DNA of 40,625 nucleotides, taken from NCBI GenBank assembly GCA_035577105.1, contig DATLVT010000603.1, positions 1 through 40,625 on the forward strand, in the 5' to 3' direction. Below the pieces are notes generated by a model, which was not told where the DNA came from, searched no databases, and saw only the letters and a list, made by a program, of their open reading frames with translations. Each line of letters opens with the position of its first letter. Within the stretch, counting starts at the first letter, position 1. The position numbers were made by a program, and so were the translations under genes. This DNA is from Polyangia bacterium. GTDB taxonomy: Bacteria; Myxococcota_A; Polyangia; Fen-1088. This document shows, one piece after another, positions 31,198 through 40,454 of this stretch.

Positions 31198-33690
31198 ATG
31201 ACAGCAACAGAGAACACGCGCGGCGTCAATCTGGATTTATTGGACGCTTTCAAGGACATGCTCGACCAGCGGCGCTGGTGCGGATGGTACTGGCACACAC
31301 CCCCCGGCGCGAAGCACTCCACCAAGGTGCCCGTGGTGCCCGGGACCCAGGCGTCCGCTTCGGTCGCCAGTCCGAGCGGGGTGGTCTGGGCGAAGGCACG
31401 CGACGCGGCGACGGCGGAACAGCAACCAACGGCCGGCGTGGGGTGGAAGGTCGTCGGCGACATCGGCCGGGTCTGGATCGACATCGACAAGGGGCGCGAC
31501 CCGGTCACCGGCGACATCGCGCCGTGGGCGCGGATGCTGCTCGACTGGGCCGAGACGGCGGACGCGTATCGCGAGATCACGCCCTCGGGAAAGGGGTTTC
31601 GGATCATGGGCCGGCTGCGGGCGCCCGGCGGGGGTCAGGAGCCGCCCGTCGCCGTGCAGGCCTCGATGATGCTCGCACCGCTGCTGCGCTCCCTGAACGC
31701 CGACGATCTGGCCGCGTGGGGCGGTAACGCCGCGTGCCACCCGCGCGCCGGCATCGAGGTTTACCACGCCTGCGCCCGCTACGTGACGGTGAGCGGATGG
31801 GACGGCACGGGCGGTGGCGACGCCGATCTCAGCGACCTGGTCTGGTGGCTCATTGGTCTGGCCCGGGAGCGGGGCGGCGACGGCCGCGTCGGGGGTGGTG
31901 GCGTGCGCGAGGGAGCGCGGGCGCTCGGAGCGCCTGTCGCCGCCACGCTGCGCGGGCCGATCGAGGACGTGACGGCGGCGCTGGAGGTGATACCCAACGA
32001 GGATCTGCACTGGGACGCGTGGGTGAAAATCGGGCTGGCCACGGTCAACGCGACCGAGGGTAGCGATGAAGGATTCGAGGCGTTCGACCTGTGGTCGCAA
32101 CGGTCAGAGCTGAAATACGACGCCGAGGCGACCGCCGAGCATTGGGAACACTGGAAGCGGTCGCCGGCCGATCGCCTTGGCATCGGCTGGCTGATGACGC
32201 TGGCGCGGGATGCCGTGCCCGGCTGGAAGCGGCCGTCGCGGCACGCGGCGGCCGAGTTCGCGCCGATCGCGGAGGACCCACTGGCCGATGTGCCGGGGGA
32301 GCTTTCGGGCGAGGCATTGGCGGCCCTGACGACCCCGGCTGGTGGTGAACGGGTCAGCGAGGCGGGGATCGCGGACGCGTTCGAAGCGAATTATCGCGGC
32401 CGGTTGCGGTATGATCACACACGCGGGCTGTGGTTCATCTGGGACGGCGCGCACTGGCGGGCCGAGGAGACGCGGCTGGCCTATGACTGGGCGAGCCGCA
32501 TGGCGCGCCGGGCGGCCGGCCAGGTCGACACGCGTGCCTCGGTCGCGACGCAGATGGGCAAGGCCTCGTTCGCGCGCGGCGTGGAGCGGCTCGCCGAGGC
32601 ACGGCGGGCGTTCGCGGTCACCCATGAGGTCTGGGACAACGACCCGTGGCTGCTCGGCACGCCGGGCGGGACGGTCGATCTGCGGACGGGGACGCTGCGG
32701 CCGGCGCGGCCGGGCGAGGGTGTCACCCGGATCACCGCCGTGGAACCCGCGCCTGATGGTGGCGGGGGTGAAGACGGCTGCCCGCTGTGGTTCCGTTTCC
32801 TGCGTGAGGCCACCGGGGGCGACGAAGCGCTGATCGGGTTTTTACAACGCTGGTTCGGTTACTGCCTGACCGGGGTCACCGACGAGCATGCGCTGATTTT
32901 CGTCTATGGCGACGGCGGCAACGGCAAGGGCGTGCTAATGAACACGATCGCCGGCATCATGGGCCGGCTCGCCACGGTCGCATCGATGGATACGTTCACG
33001 GCGAGCCGCAACGAGCGGCACCCGGCGGATCTCGCCATGCTGGCCGGGGCGCGGCTGGTGGTGGCGTCGGAGGTCGACGAAGGGCAGGTCTGGGCCGAGG
33101 CCAGGATCAAGCAGATCACCGGCGGCGACCCGATCACGGCGCGGTTCATGCGGATGGATTTCTTCACCTACACGCCGCGCTTCAAGCTGACCATCAGCGG
33201 CAACCACAAGCCGAGGCTACGCAATGTCGACAACGCCGCCCGGCGACGGTTCAACATCGTGCCGTTCATCCGGCGTCCGGTGGTGCCGGACGCCAGGCTG
33301 GGGTGGAAGCTGCGGGCGGAATGGCCGGCGATCCTGCGCTGGATGATCGACGGCTGCGTGGCGTGGCGACGCGACGGGCTGGAGCGGCCGGCCGCCGTGC
33401 TGGACGCGACGAAAAGCTATTTCGAGACGCAGGATTATTTCAGTCGGTGGCTGGAGGAGCGGTGCGTGATCGACGCTGGCCGGCGTGAGCCGGCGGTGGC
33501 GCTGAAACTCAGTTTCGAGGGCTGGTGCCGGGAGAACGGCGAGACGCCGGGCGATGTCTGGCGGCTGCGGGGATTACTGGAGAGGGTCGAGGGGGTTCGG
33601 TATGTGACGCTACAAGGGAAACAGTTTGTCAGAGGGATTGGCCTGAAGGACGCGTTTGACAAGGAAAGTGGCGGTTTCACGCCGGTCTGA
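31198..33690 (+). CDS. Primase/helicase: AEP (PrimPol-like) N-domain, PriCT-2-like region, D5-N, and P4-family NTPase
   Basis: VWIDIDKG and TPSGKGFRI (AEP motifs). WDAWVKIGLA...FDLWSQRSELKYD (PriCT-2-like). Walker A YGDGGNGKGV and Walker B LVVASEVDEG. The start is placed after the terminator, with a GGGGA Shine-Dalgarno. Confidence 0.85.
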   Translation: MTATENTRGVNLDLLDAFKDMLDQRRWCGWYWHTPPGAKHSTKVPVVPGTQASASVASPSGVVWAKARDAATAEQQPTAGVGWKVVGDIGRVWIDIDKGRDPVTGDIAPWARMLLDWAETADAYREITPSGKGFRIMGRLRAPGGGQEPPVAVQASMMLAPLLRSLNADDLAAWGGNAACHPRAGIEVYHACARYVTVSGWDGTGGGDADLSDLVWWLIGLARERGGDGRVGGGGVREGARALGAPVAATLRGPIEDVTAALEVIPNEDLHWDAWVKIGLATVNATEGSDEGFEAFDLWSQRSELKYDAEATAEHWEHWKRSPADRLGIGWLMTLARDAVPGWKRPSRHAAAEFAPIAEDPLADVPGELSGEALAALTTPAGGERVSEAGIADAFEANYRGRLRYDHTRGLWFIWDGAHWRAEETRLAYDWASRMARRAAGQVDTRASVATQMGKASFARGVERLAEARRAFAVTHEVWDNDPWLLGTPGGTVDLRTGTLRPARPGEGVTRITAVEPAPDGGGGEDGCPLWFRFLREATGGDEALIGFLQRWFGYCLTGVTDEHALIFVYGDGGNGKGVLMNTIAGIMGRLATVASMDTFTASRNERHPADLAMLAGARLVVASEVDEGQVWAEARIKQITGGDPITARFMRMDFFTYTPRFKLTISGNHKPRLRNVDNAARRRFNIVPFIRRPVVPDARLGWKLRAEWPAILRWMIDGCVAWRRDGLERPAAVLDATKSYFETQDYFSRWLEERCVIDAGRREPAVALKLSFEGWCRENGETPGDVWRLRGLLERVEGVRYVTLQGKQFVRGIGLKDAFDKESGGFTPV

Positions 33691-33695
33691 GCGGA

Positions 33696-33827
33696 AAAAA
33701 CAGATAAAAACAGATGCAATATCGTAATAATGGGTGGAGAGCGGTGGAGGATCGCCTTGTTCCCTTTCATCATGCGCGTGCGCGCGTGTATGCAGCATAA
33801 CAGGGTGACCCTCCACTATCCTCCACC
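33696..33827. promoter_or_regulatory. Structured non-coding element (candidate origin or late control region)
   Basis: Tandem AAAAACAGAT x2 (33696-33715). GGTGGAG(G) x2 (33733-39 and 33743-50) faces CCCTCCAC/CCTCCACC (33809-16 and 33820-27). An alternating GCGCGTGCGCGCGTG tract lies between them. Confidence 0.4.
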
Positions 33828-33882
33828 TATCGTTTAGATAGCGTAATTGAAATGAGGCTAAGTCATTGAAAAAGCACGAAAC

Positions 33883-34368
33883 ATGACGCTGGTGCTGGGG
33901 ATCGATCCCGGCGTGGCCGGGGCGGCGGCGCTGATCCGGTGCCGGAAAGCGGCGGAAAAGCCCGAGATGGTCGAGCTGCTGGCGCTCGCGCGGCTGCCGA
34001 TGAGCCAGATCCTGGCGCTGGCGCGTCGGGCGGCGCTGACCGTGATCGAGGCGCAGCGCGCGGCGCCGAGGCAGGGGGCCGTGGGAGCTTTCAGTCTGGG
34101 GTATGGCTACGGGCGGCTCCAGGGGGGTCTGGAGGCGGTCGGGGAGGTCAGGGCGGTCTTCCCTGAGCCGACGGTGTGGCGGGGCGCTTACGGGCTTCCT
34201 GGGGGCCGTGGCGGGGGTAAGGCATCGGGACTGGCGCTGGCGGACGCGCTGCTGGGTGGCTACAGCGGGCTGAAGCGGCACGACGAGGCGGACGCGGTCC
34301 TGCTGGCGTGGTGGGGCTGGCGAAACATCATCGCGCGTGATAGCGGGGATGTCTCACAATCCGGCTGA
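33883..34368 (+). CDS. RuvC-like Holliday junction resolvase
   Basis: N-terminal LVLGIDPGVAGA and C-terminal HDEADAVLLA catalytic-acid motifs of RuvC-fold resolvases. Confidence 0.75.
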   Translation: MTLVLGIDPGVAGAAALIRCRKAAEKPEMVELLALARLPMSQILALARRAALTVIEAQRAAPRQGAVGAFSLGYGYGRLQGGLEAVGEVRAVFPEPTVWRGAYGLPGGRGGGKASGLALADALLGGYSGLKRHDEADAVLLAWWGWRNIIARDSGDVSQSG

Positions 34369-34391
34369 AACACGTGAAAGAAGGGGCTGGA

Positions 34392-34793
34392 ATGGGCCTG
34401 ACTTTACATAATATTGACCATGAACCGAAACGAAAACCGGGCAATCCGGCGTGGGTCAAGGGTCGGTCAGGCAATCCGAAAGGCGTTGCGCTGCAGGCGA
34501 ATCACGAGAACATGCGGGACCTGTGTCGCGCGCAGACGAAGGAGGCGATCCACACGCTGATCAAGCTGATGAGGTTCAAAGGGCCGCACCAGTTCGCGGC
34601 GGCGACGGCGATCCTCGATCGGGCGTGGGGCAAGCCGACGCAGCACATCGAGACAAGCGGAAACTCGGTGCTGGAGCTGCATCTCATCGCGGCACGCGCG
34701 GTCAGCGAGGCGCTGACGACGATCGAGCATGAAGCTCAACCGGAGGACGTGAACGCCAAACAGCCTGTGACACTGGAAATACCCACCGAATAA
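34392..34793 (+). CDS. Putative small terminase subunit (DUF5681-like); alternative GTG start at 34374
   Basis: KPGNPAWVKGRSGNPKG motif. Lies upstream of terL. AAGGGG Shine-Dalgarno before ATG 34392. Confidence 0.5.
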   Translation: MGLTLHNIDHEPKRKPGNPAWVKGRSGNPKGVALQANHENMRDLCRAQTKEAIHTLIKLMRFKGPHQFAAATAILDRAWGKPTQHIETSGNSVLELHLIAARAVSEALTTIEHEAQPEDVNAKQPVTLEIPTE

Positions 34794-35138
34794 CACTGAA
34801 CAGGGCGCATGTTAGTGCTTCATACAAACCTCGGATGTGTCTTCAAACCGCCGTTTGATCAGGTGGCCGGGGTGATTGTGCCTGTGTTATCAATGGGTTG
34901 GGCTGGTATATCATGACATCTGCACAGTGCGCATGGGCCTGTGTGGTGTTGACGGAAGCCGCGACCCAGGGGTGTAGCGTTAGCGTAACGAAGTGTATAC
35001 GCGGGCGGAACGACCGGCCGACCCTCCCCCTCGATCGCCGAGGGCCAATGGCACTGGCCCCCATTTTCCCCCCGCTCACCCAAAATTCAACTTTATTTCG
35101 ATTTAGCAACATACCTCTCCGCTCACCGTCGGCGTCAG

Positions 35139-35348
35139 GTGTCCGGTGAACGGGGCAACGCCGGCCTGCTCGCCGGCATCAGTGAAAAGCTGATCGGCAC
35201 CCTGCCGCCGGCGATGTTGTTGCTGGTCTTGCTCAACATCGTGTTCATCGGCATCGCGCTTTACATGTTCAACCACAACACCGAGGCCCGCAACGAGATG
35301 CTGTCGCGCATCATCGAGTCCTGCCTCAACCGACAGCCGCTGAAATGA
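35139..35348 (+). CDS. Small single-TM protein translationally coupled to terL (start uncertain)
   Basis: Hydrophobic core AMLLLVLLNIVFIGIALYMF. Its stop overlaps the terL ATG as ATGA. High third-position GC. Confidence 0.5.
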   Translation: MSGERGNAGLLAGISEKLIGTLPPAMLLLVLLNIVFIGIALYMFNHNTEARNEMLSRIIESCLNRQPLK

Positions 35349-36805
35349 GCCAGCCGGCGGCGATAAGCCCATCCTCCACCTGGGCCGAGGACATCGCCTC
35401 CGCCCCCAATCCGTTCCACGCCGCGATCACCCGTTACGCCCGCGCGCCCATCGCCTTCGTGCGCGAGATCCTCGGCGTCGAGCCGGACCCGTGGCAGCTG
35501 GAAGCGCTGCGCGCGCTGGCGCGCGGCCAGACCCGCGTCGCCATTCGTTCCGGCCATGGCGTCGGCAAGACCGCTTTCGCCGCCTGGGTGATCGTCTGGT
35601 TCGCGAACACGCGCGCGCCGTTCAAGATCGCCGTCACCGCGCCCACCGCGCCGCAGCTGTTCGACGCGCTGTGGCCCGAGCTGAACAAATGGTTTCGCAC
35701 CCTCCCCCGGTCCTGGCGCGAGCTGTGGGATTACACGTCCGACCACATCACCCTCAAGGCGGACGACGAGTGTTTCATCACCGCGCGGACCTCCCGTCCC
35801 GATCGTCCCGAGGCGATGGCCGGGCTGCACTCGGCCAGCGTGCTGCTCGTCGCCGACGAGGCGTCCGGCATCGACGAGGCGGTCTACGAGGCCGCCGGCG
35901 GCTCCATGTCATCCGCTGGCGCCATCACCCTTCTGATCGGCAATCCGACGCGCGCGACCGGGTTTTTCTGGCGTGCCCACATGCTGGAGCGCGATCGATG
36001 GTTCACCATGAAGGTGTCCTCCATCGACTCGAGACGCGTGACACCTGATTTCGTTCACGAAATAGAACAGCGTTACGGCCTCGACTCGAATGCCTACCGC
36101 GTGCGCGTCCTCGGCGAGTTCCCCGAGGCCGGCGACAACACGCTGATCCCGGCTGATCTGGTCGACAGCGCCATGCTGCGCGATATCCCGATCGATCCCA
36201 CCCAACCCGTGATATGGGGCGTCGACGTCGCCCGTTTCGGCGCCGACGCGTCGGTGCTGATCAAACGCCAGGGCAACGTCGTCCCCGAGATGCCCCGCCG
36301 CTGGCGCCAGTTCGACACCATGCAGCTGGCCGGCGCCGTCAAGGCGGAATACGACCTCGCCATCTCCAACAAGCCGGCTCTCGTCGTCATCGACGTGATC
36401 GGCATCGGCGCCGGCGTGGTCGATCGCCTGCATGAACAAAATCTCCCCGTCCTCGGCGTCAACGTCGCCGAGGCCGCGTCCACCACCGGACGCTACGGCC
36501 GGCTGCGCGACGAATTGTGGATCAGGGCGCGCGAGTGGCTGGAAACCCGCGCCACCCGCCTGCCCCGCGACGACCAGCTGCGCGAGGATCTCGTCGCCCC
36601 GCGCTACGCTTTCCTGTCCGACGGCCGCATGCAGGTCGAGAGCAAGCAGAGCATGCGCTCGAGGGGCCTTCCCAGCCCCGATGCCGCCGACGCGCTGATA
36701 CATACGTTCGCGCAACAAGGTCTTGGTATCGGGTCGGGAATGACGTCCGGCCTGCACGACAACCGGCCGATCGCCATGAACCTGTATCCGGGGGATTTCG
36801 TCTGA
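35345..36805 (+). CDS. terL: Terminase large subunit
   Basis: Walker A RSGHGVGKTAF, Walker B VLLVADEASGI, and nuclease-domain WGVDVARFGADASV. Confidence 0.9.
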   Translation: MSQPAAISPSSTWAEDIASAPNPFHAAITRYARAPIAFVREILGVEPDPWQLEALRALARGQTRVAIRSGHGVGKTAFAAWVIVWFANTRAPFKIAVTAPTAPQLFDALWPELNKWFRTLPRSWRELWDYTSDHITLKADDECFITARTSRPDRPEAMAGLHSASVLLVADEASGIDEAVYEAAGGSMSSAGAITLLIGNPTRATGFFWRAHMLERDRWFTMKVSSIDSRRVTPDFVHEIEQRYGLDSNAYRVRVLGEFPEAGDNTLIPADLVDSAMLRDIPIDPTQPVIWGVDVARFGADASVLIKRQGNVVPEMPRRWRQFDTMQLAGAVKAEYDLAISNKPALVVIDVIGIGAGVVDRLHEQNLPVLGVNVAEAASTTGRYGRLRDELWIRAREWLETRATRLPRDDQLREDLVAPRYAFLSDGRMQVESKQSMRSRGLPSPDAADALIHTFAQQGLGIGSGMTSGLHDNRPIAMNLYPGDFV

Positions 36806-39618
36806 TGAGCGCGAGTTCAACTTACCCGCCACCCGGCCCCCCGATGCCCCAACAGCCCATGCCCCAACAGCCCGGCCCCCCGCCCCCGGCGGCGATCAGC
36901 GCGTCCACGTCACCCTCGCCGCTGCCCCATATCCCCGGCCTGATCCCCGAGGGCATGCGGCCCACCGGCCTTAATTTCCCGGCCGAGCAGATGCTGGCTT
37001 TCCTGCTGCCGCCCACTCGCTCCGACACCCCGCCACCCGACTCCGATGAGTCCCTGCCGCCCACGCTGCGCCGTCACGCCGCCGGGCTGCGACCCACCGT
37101 CAGGCCCACCGGCGCGGCATGGCAGCAGGAGATCGTTTTCGAGCGGATCGGCAAGACCGATACCGAGATCGCCACCACCGGGCGGTTTTATTTCGATGCC
37201 GCGCGGTCTTATGATGAGTATCTGAGTCGCGAGCGCGTGACGGCGTCCCGCTATTACGCCGGCGCGCCCGATGAGCCGCTGCCGGACGGCCGTTCCAAGA
37301 TCGTCATGACCGTGGTCCGCGACACCATCCGCCAGACCTTGCCGTCCCTGCTGCGACTTTTCACCGCCGTCGAAGATCCCGTGAGCTTCGAACCGATCAG
37401 CTCCGACGCCAGCGCTTCCACGTCCATGGTCCCCGGCGCCGGGCCGGGATCAGACCAGACGGCCACCGCGCTGGCCCGCCAGGCCACCGACTACGCCCGC
37501 TGGGCGCTGTTCGTCGCCAACCCGGGCTGGACGGTGCTGCACGATGCCCTGCTCGACGCTCTCACGCGCAAGGCCGGCTGGGTGCGCTGGTCCTGGGGTA
37601 AAAAGCAGCACATGCGCACTGAGGTGAGCGAGGGCCTGCTGCTGCCGCAGCTGCAGATGCTGCTGTCGGAACCCGGTATCAAAGCCTCCCGCATCGTGCG
37701 CCGGCCGATGCTGCCGCACGAGCAGCAGGCTCTCGCCAAAACCCCTGACGGGCAGATGTATCTCAGCCAGGGCGCGCCGGCCGAGTTCTGGTCCGCCACG
37801 GTGACCCGCTCGACCACCCAGGCATGGCCCCAGGTCGAACACGTGCCGGCCGAATGCGTCTGGATCGTCGCCGACGCGGCCAACGTCGCCAGTGCCCGGG
37901 CCTTGTTCCATGTGCGTGACGTGTCGGTGTCGGATCTGATCGAGGCGGGCCTGCCCGAGGACAAGATCCTGGCGCATCGGGCCGTCGATCCGATGAACAC
38001 GCGTCAGCGCCAGCAATCGATCGCGCGCGACGCGGCCACCGGCTACAACCTGAAAGGCAGCCCGCCCAACGATAAATCCATGTCCCTGGTGCGCTACGCC
38101 GAGGGCTGGGTGCGGATGGACATCGACGGCGACAATCGCGCCGAATTAATTCACATGCACTTCCTGGGAAATGCCCAGACCCTGGTGCAGTGGGAGCGCG
38201 TCGATGAGATCCCGCTGAGCTGTTTCACCCCCTACAGGGAACCCGGCCGCGTCATCGGCTCCTCGCAGGCCGACATGGTCATGGACCTGCAGCGGGTCGA
38301 ATCAAGGGTGATGCGCGGGGTCCTCGACAGCCTCGGGCAATCAATGTTTCCCCGCACCGTCATGGTGCAGGGCCAGGCCAACCTCGCCGACGTGCGTCAG
38401 ACCGCGATCGGCGCCATCATCCGGGTGGCGCAGGCCGGCGCGGTGACTGAGCTGGTCAAGCCGTTCCAGGGCAAGGAGGCGCTGCCCGTGCTTGAGGTGC
38501 TGGAGAGCATCCGCGAGAGCCGTACCGGCATCACCCGCGCCTCATCCGGCCTGACGATCGACGAATTGCAGTCGACCACGCCGATGGCGGTCACCCAGCA
38601 ATCGAGCGCCGCGCAGGATCGTCTGGACATGGTCGCGCGCACCATGGCGGAAACCGGTCTGGCGCCGCTCTACGCCGGCCTGCTCAAGATGCTGGCCCGT
38701 CAGCAGGACCGCCCCAACGTGATCCGCATTCGCGGGCAGTGGCTGCCGATCGACCCGCGCGCCCTGGCCACGATGTGGGAAACCAGCGTCAATGTCGGCG
38801 GTAAGGGGTTACCGCACGAGCGGCTGGCCATGCTCGGCCAGATCGCGGCGAAGCAGGAGCAGCTGATCCAGATGGGCGGTCTGACCAACCCGTTGGCGGG
38901 AGTACCCGAATACCGCAACACGCTCGCGAGGATGCTGGAAACCGTCAACATCGCCGACGTGTCGTCCTACTTCAAAGCCCTGCCGCCGGACTGGCAACCG
39001 CCGCCGACACCGCCCCCGCCGCCGAATACCGACATGCTGCTGGCCCAGGTGCAGCAGGCGAAGACCGCCGCCGATGTCGAGAATGACCGGGCGGACCAGC
39101 AGACGAAGCGCGCCGCGCTGCTGCTCGACGACGATCGCGAGCGCGACAAGGCCGCGATCGACGCCTGGACGAAGACCTGGGTCGCGGGCGCCCAGTTCGG
39201 CACCCCGGTGCCGGCTCTGGCCGACTTCAAGGCGGCGATGAAGAGCCAGGCACCCGGGGTCGCGCTGCTGTCGGATCTGCCGGCCCCGACCAGCCCGGCC
39301 CCGCCGGCGTCCGGGTCGCCCCCCGCCCCCAATCCCAACCAGCGGCCCGCGCCGCCGGGCCTGGGAGGCCCCCCTGGCGGCCCCCTACGTCCGCCCGGCC
39401 CGCTACGTCCACCCGGTCCGCCTCCGCCCCCGCTGGCGCCGCCTTCTGGCCCCGATCCGGCCACGGCGGCCGCCGTGCGCGGCGCGCTGGCCGGCGGCCG
39501 CATGCCGAGCGCCTATGGCCAGCTGGCGCAACGCGCGGCGCTGTCACCCTTGCTCGGCCCGGGCGGGCCGCCGCTGCCCCCGCCCATGTCACCCGGAGGG
39601 ACCAATGCCCCAGCGTGA
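36805..39618 (+). CDS. Portal protein with Pro-rich N- and C-terminal extensions
   Basis: Follows terL directly with a TGATG overlap. 937 aa. The part of the ORF upstream of 36805 overlaps terL and is not used. Confidence 0.75.
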   Translation: MSASSTYPPPGPPMPQQPMPQQPGPPPPAAISASTSPSPLPHIPGLIPEGMRPTGLNFPAEQMLAFLLPPTRSDTPPPDSDESLPPTLRRHAAGLRPTVRPTGAAWQQEIVFERIGKTDTEIATTGRFYFDAARSYDEYLSRERVTASRYYAGAPDEPLPDGRSKIVMTVVRDTIRQTLPSLLRLFTAVEDPVSFEPISSDASASTSMVPGAGPGSDQTATALARQATDYARWALFVANPGWTVLHDALLDALTRKAGWVRWSWGKKQHMRTEVSEGLLLPQLQMLLSEPGIKASRIVRRPMLPHEQQALAKTPDGQMYLSQGAPAEFWSATVTRSTTQAWPQVEHVPAECVWIVADAANVASARALFHVRDVSVSDLIEAGLPEDKILAHRAVDPMNTRQRQQSIARDAATGYNLKGSPPNDKSMSLVRYAEGWVRMDIDGDNRAELIHMHFLGNAQTLVQWERVDEIPLSCFTPYREPGRVIGSSQADMVMDLQRVESRVMRGVLDSLGQSMFPRTVMVQGQANLADVRQTAIGAIIRVAQAGAVTELVKPFQGKEALPVLEVLESIRESRTGITRASSGLTIDELQSTTPMAVTQQSSAAQDRLDMVARTMAETGLAPLYAGLLKMLARQQDRPNVIRIRGQWLPIDPRALATMWETSVNVGGKGLPHERLAMLGQIAAKQEQLIQMGGLTNPLAGVPEYRNTLARMLETVNIADVSSYFKALPPDWQPPPTPPPPPNTDMLLAQVQQAKTAADVENDRADQQTKRAALLLDDDRERDKAAIDAWTKTWVAGAQFGTPVPALADFKAAMKSQAPGVALLSDLPAPTSPAPPASGSPPAPNPNQRPAPPGLGGPPGGPLRPPGPLRPPGPPPPPLAPPSGPDPATAAAVRGALAGGRMPSAYGQLAQRAALSPLLGPGGPPLPPPMSPGGTNAPA

Positions 39619-39994
39619 ATCGACCGGTCAGCGTCCACGCGACGACCACCCCACCGCCGATGACTGGGAGGCCTCGTCGCTGGGCCGGATGGAGCTGTTG
39701 GAGGCTGGCCAGGAGGTGCGTTACCTCGTCCATTTCATGTGGTCGCGCTGCGATAAGGACGAGGTCAACGAGCTGCACCGACGCATCGTGGACGTGCTGT
39801 CCGGCCGCGACACCGCCACCACTCTGGTGACGCTGGCGCACGTCGCGGGGGTCGCGTTGATGAGTGGCGTCGAGGATGAGGTGAAGCGCGAGACGGTGCT
39901 GGCCGCGTTCCGGCTGATGCTGCGCGGCACCCTGGATCTCGGCCGCGTCCAGGCCGCCAGAAGCCCCGCCCCGAAACCGGACACGCCGGCATGA
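39605..39994 (+). CDS. Hypothetical head-module protein (129 aa)
   Basis: GGAGGG Shine-Dalgarno 4 nt before ATG 39605. Overlaps the portal end by 14 nt. Confidence 0.6.
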   Translation: MPQRESTGQRPRDDHPTADDWEASSLGRMELLEAGQEVRYLVHFMWSRCDKDEVNELHRRIVDVLSGRDTATTLVTLAHVAGVALMSGVEDEVKRETVLAAFRLMLRGTLDLGRVQAARSPAPKPDTPA

Positions 39995-40161
39995 CGCTGA
40001 TCCTGATCATCCTGCTGATTCTGTTGCTGGCCGGTGGCGGGTATGGCTGGCGATCGGGCTATATCGGCTCGCTCGGCGACCCGCTGGCGATCGTCTTCAT
40101 CGTCCTGCTGGTGGTGTTGCTGGTGGGCGCGATCGGCGGCACGCGATGGGGATACTGGTGA
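39991..40161 (+). CDS. 56-aa two-TM membrane peptide (below the ORF-track cutoff)
   Basis: MTLILIILLILLLAGGGYGWRSGYIGSLGDPLAIVFIVLLVVLLVGAIGGTRWGYW. ATGA and TGATG overlaps on both sides. Confidence 0.5.
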   Translation: MTLILIILLILLLAGGGYGWRSGYIGSLGDPLAIVFIVLLVVLLVGAIGGTRWGYW

Positions 40162-40451
40162 TGCACACGAAAGACGTTCTGGCCGCCGCGTTGCGGGGCG
40201 CGGGCCTGCATGAGATGGCCGACAGGGCGGCGGAAGGCTACTACCACGACTATCTGTCGCCGCTGGATCTGCCCGCGCTGCAGCTGCTCGCTGATCTGGA
40301 GGTGGCCGCGACACCGGCCGCGCTGGCGCTGCGCGCCCGTCACCTGCGGGGCGAGTTCGACGCCAGCGAGGAAGAAGGCGCCGTCTGGGCGGCCTCGTCC
40401 GAGGCCCAGGCCGTCTTCAGTGAGCTGACGCGGCGTGAAGGGAAGCCCTGA
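40161..40451 (+). CDS. Hypothetical protein (96 aa)
   Basis: ATG overlaps the upstream stop. Ordinary amino-acid composition. Confidence 0.55.
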   Translation: MHTKDVLAAALRGAGLHEMADRAAEGYYHDYLSPLDLPALQLLADLEVAATPAALALRARHLRGEFDASEEEGAVWAASSEAQAVFSELTRREGKP

Positions 40452-40454
40452 CCC

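Noticed and set aside
34843-35149. ORFs 34843-35112 (-), 34859-35083 (-) and 34898-35149 (+) in the terS-terL gap
   Set aside because: Third-position GC is low or erratic, there is no Shine-Dalgarno, and the composition is implausible. The interval is treated as non-coding.
36517-36804. Upstream extension of the portal ORF overlapping terL
   Set aside because: The extension is Arg/Pro-rich and lies entirely inside the terL coding region. ATG 36805 overlaps the terL stop and begins a plausible N-terminus.
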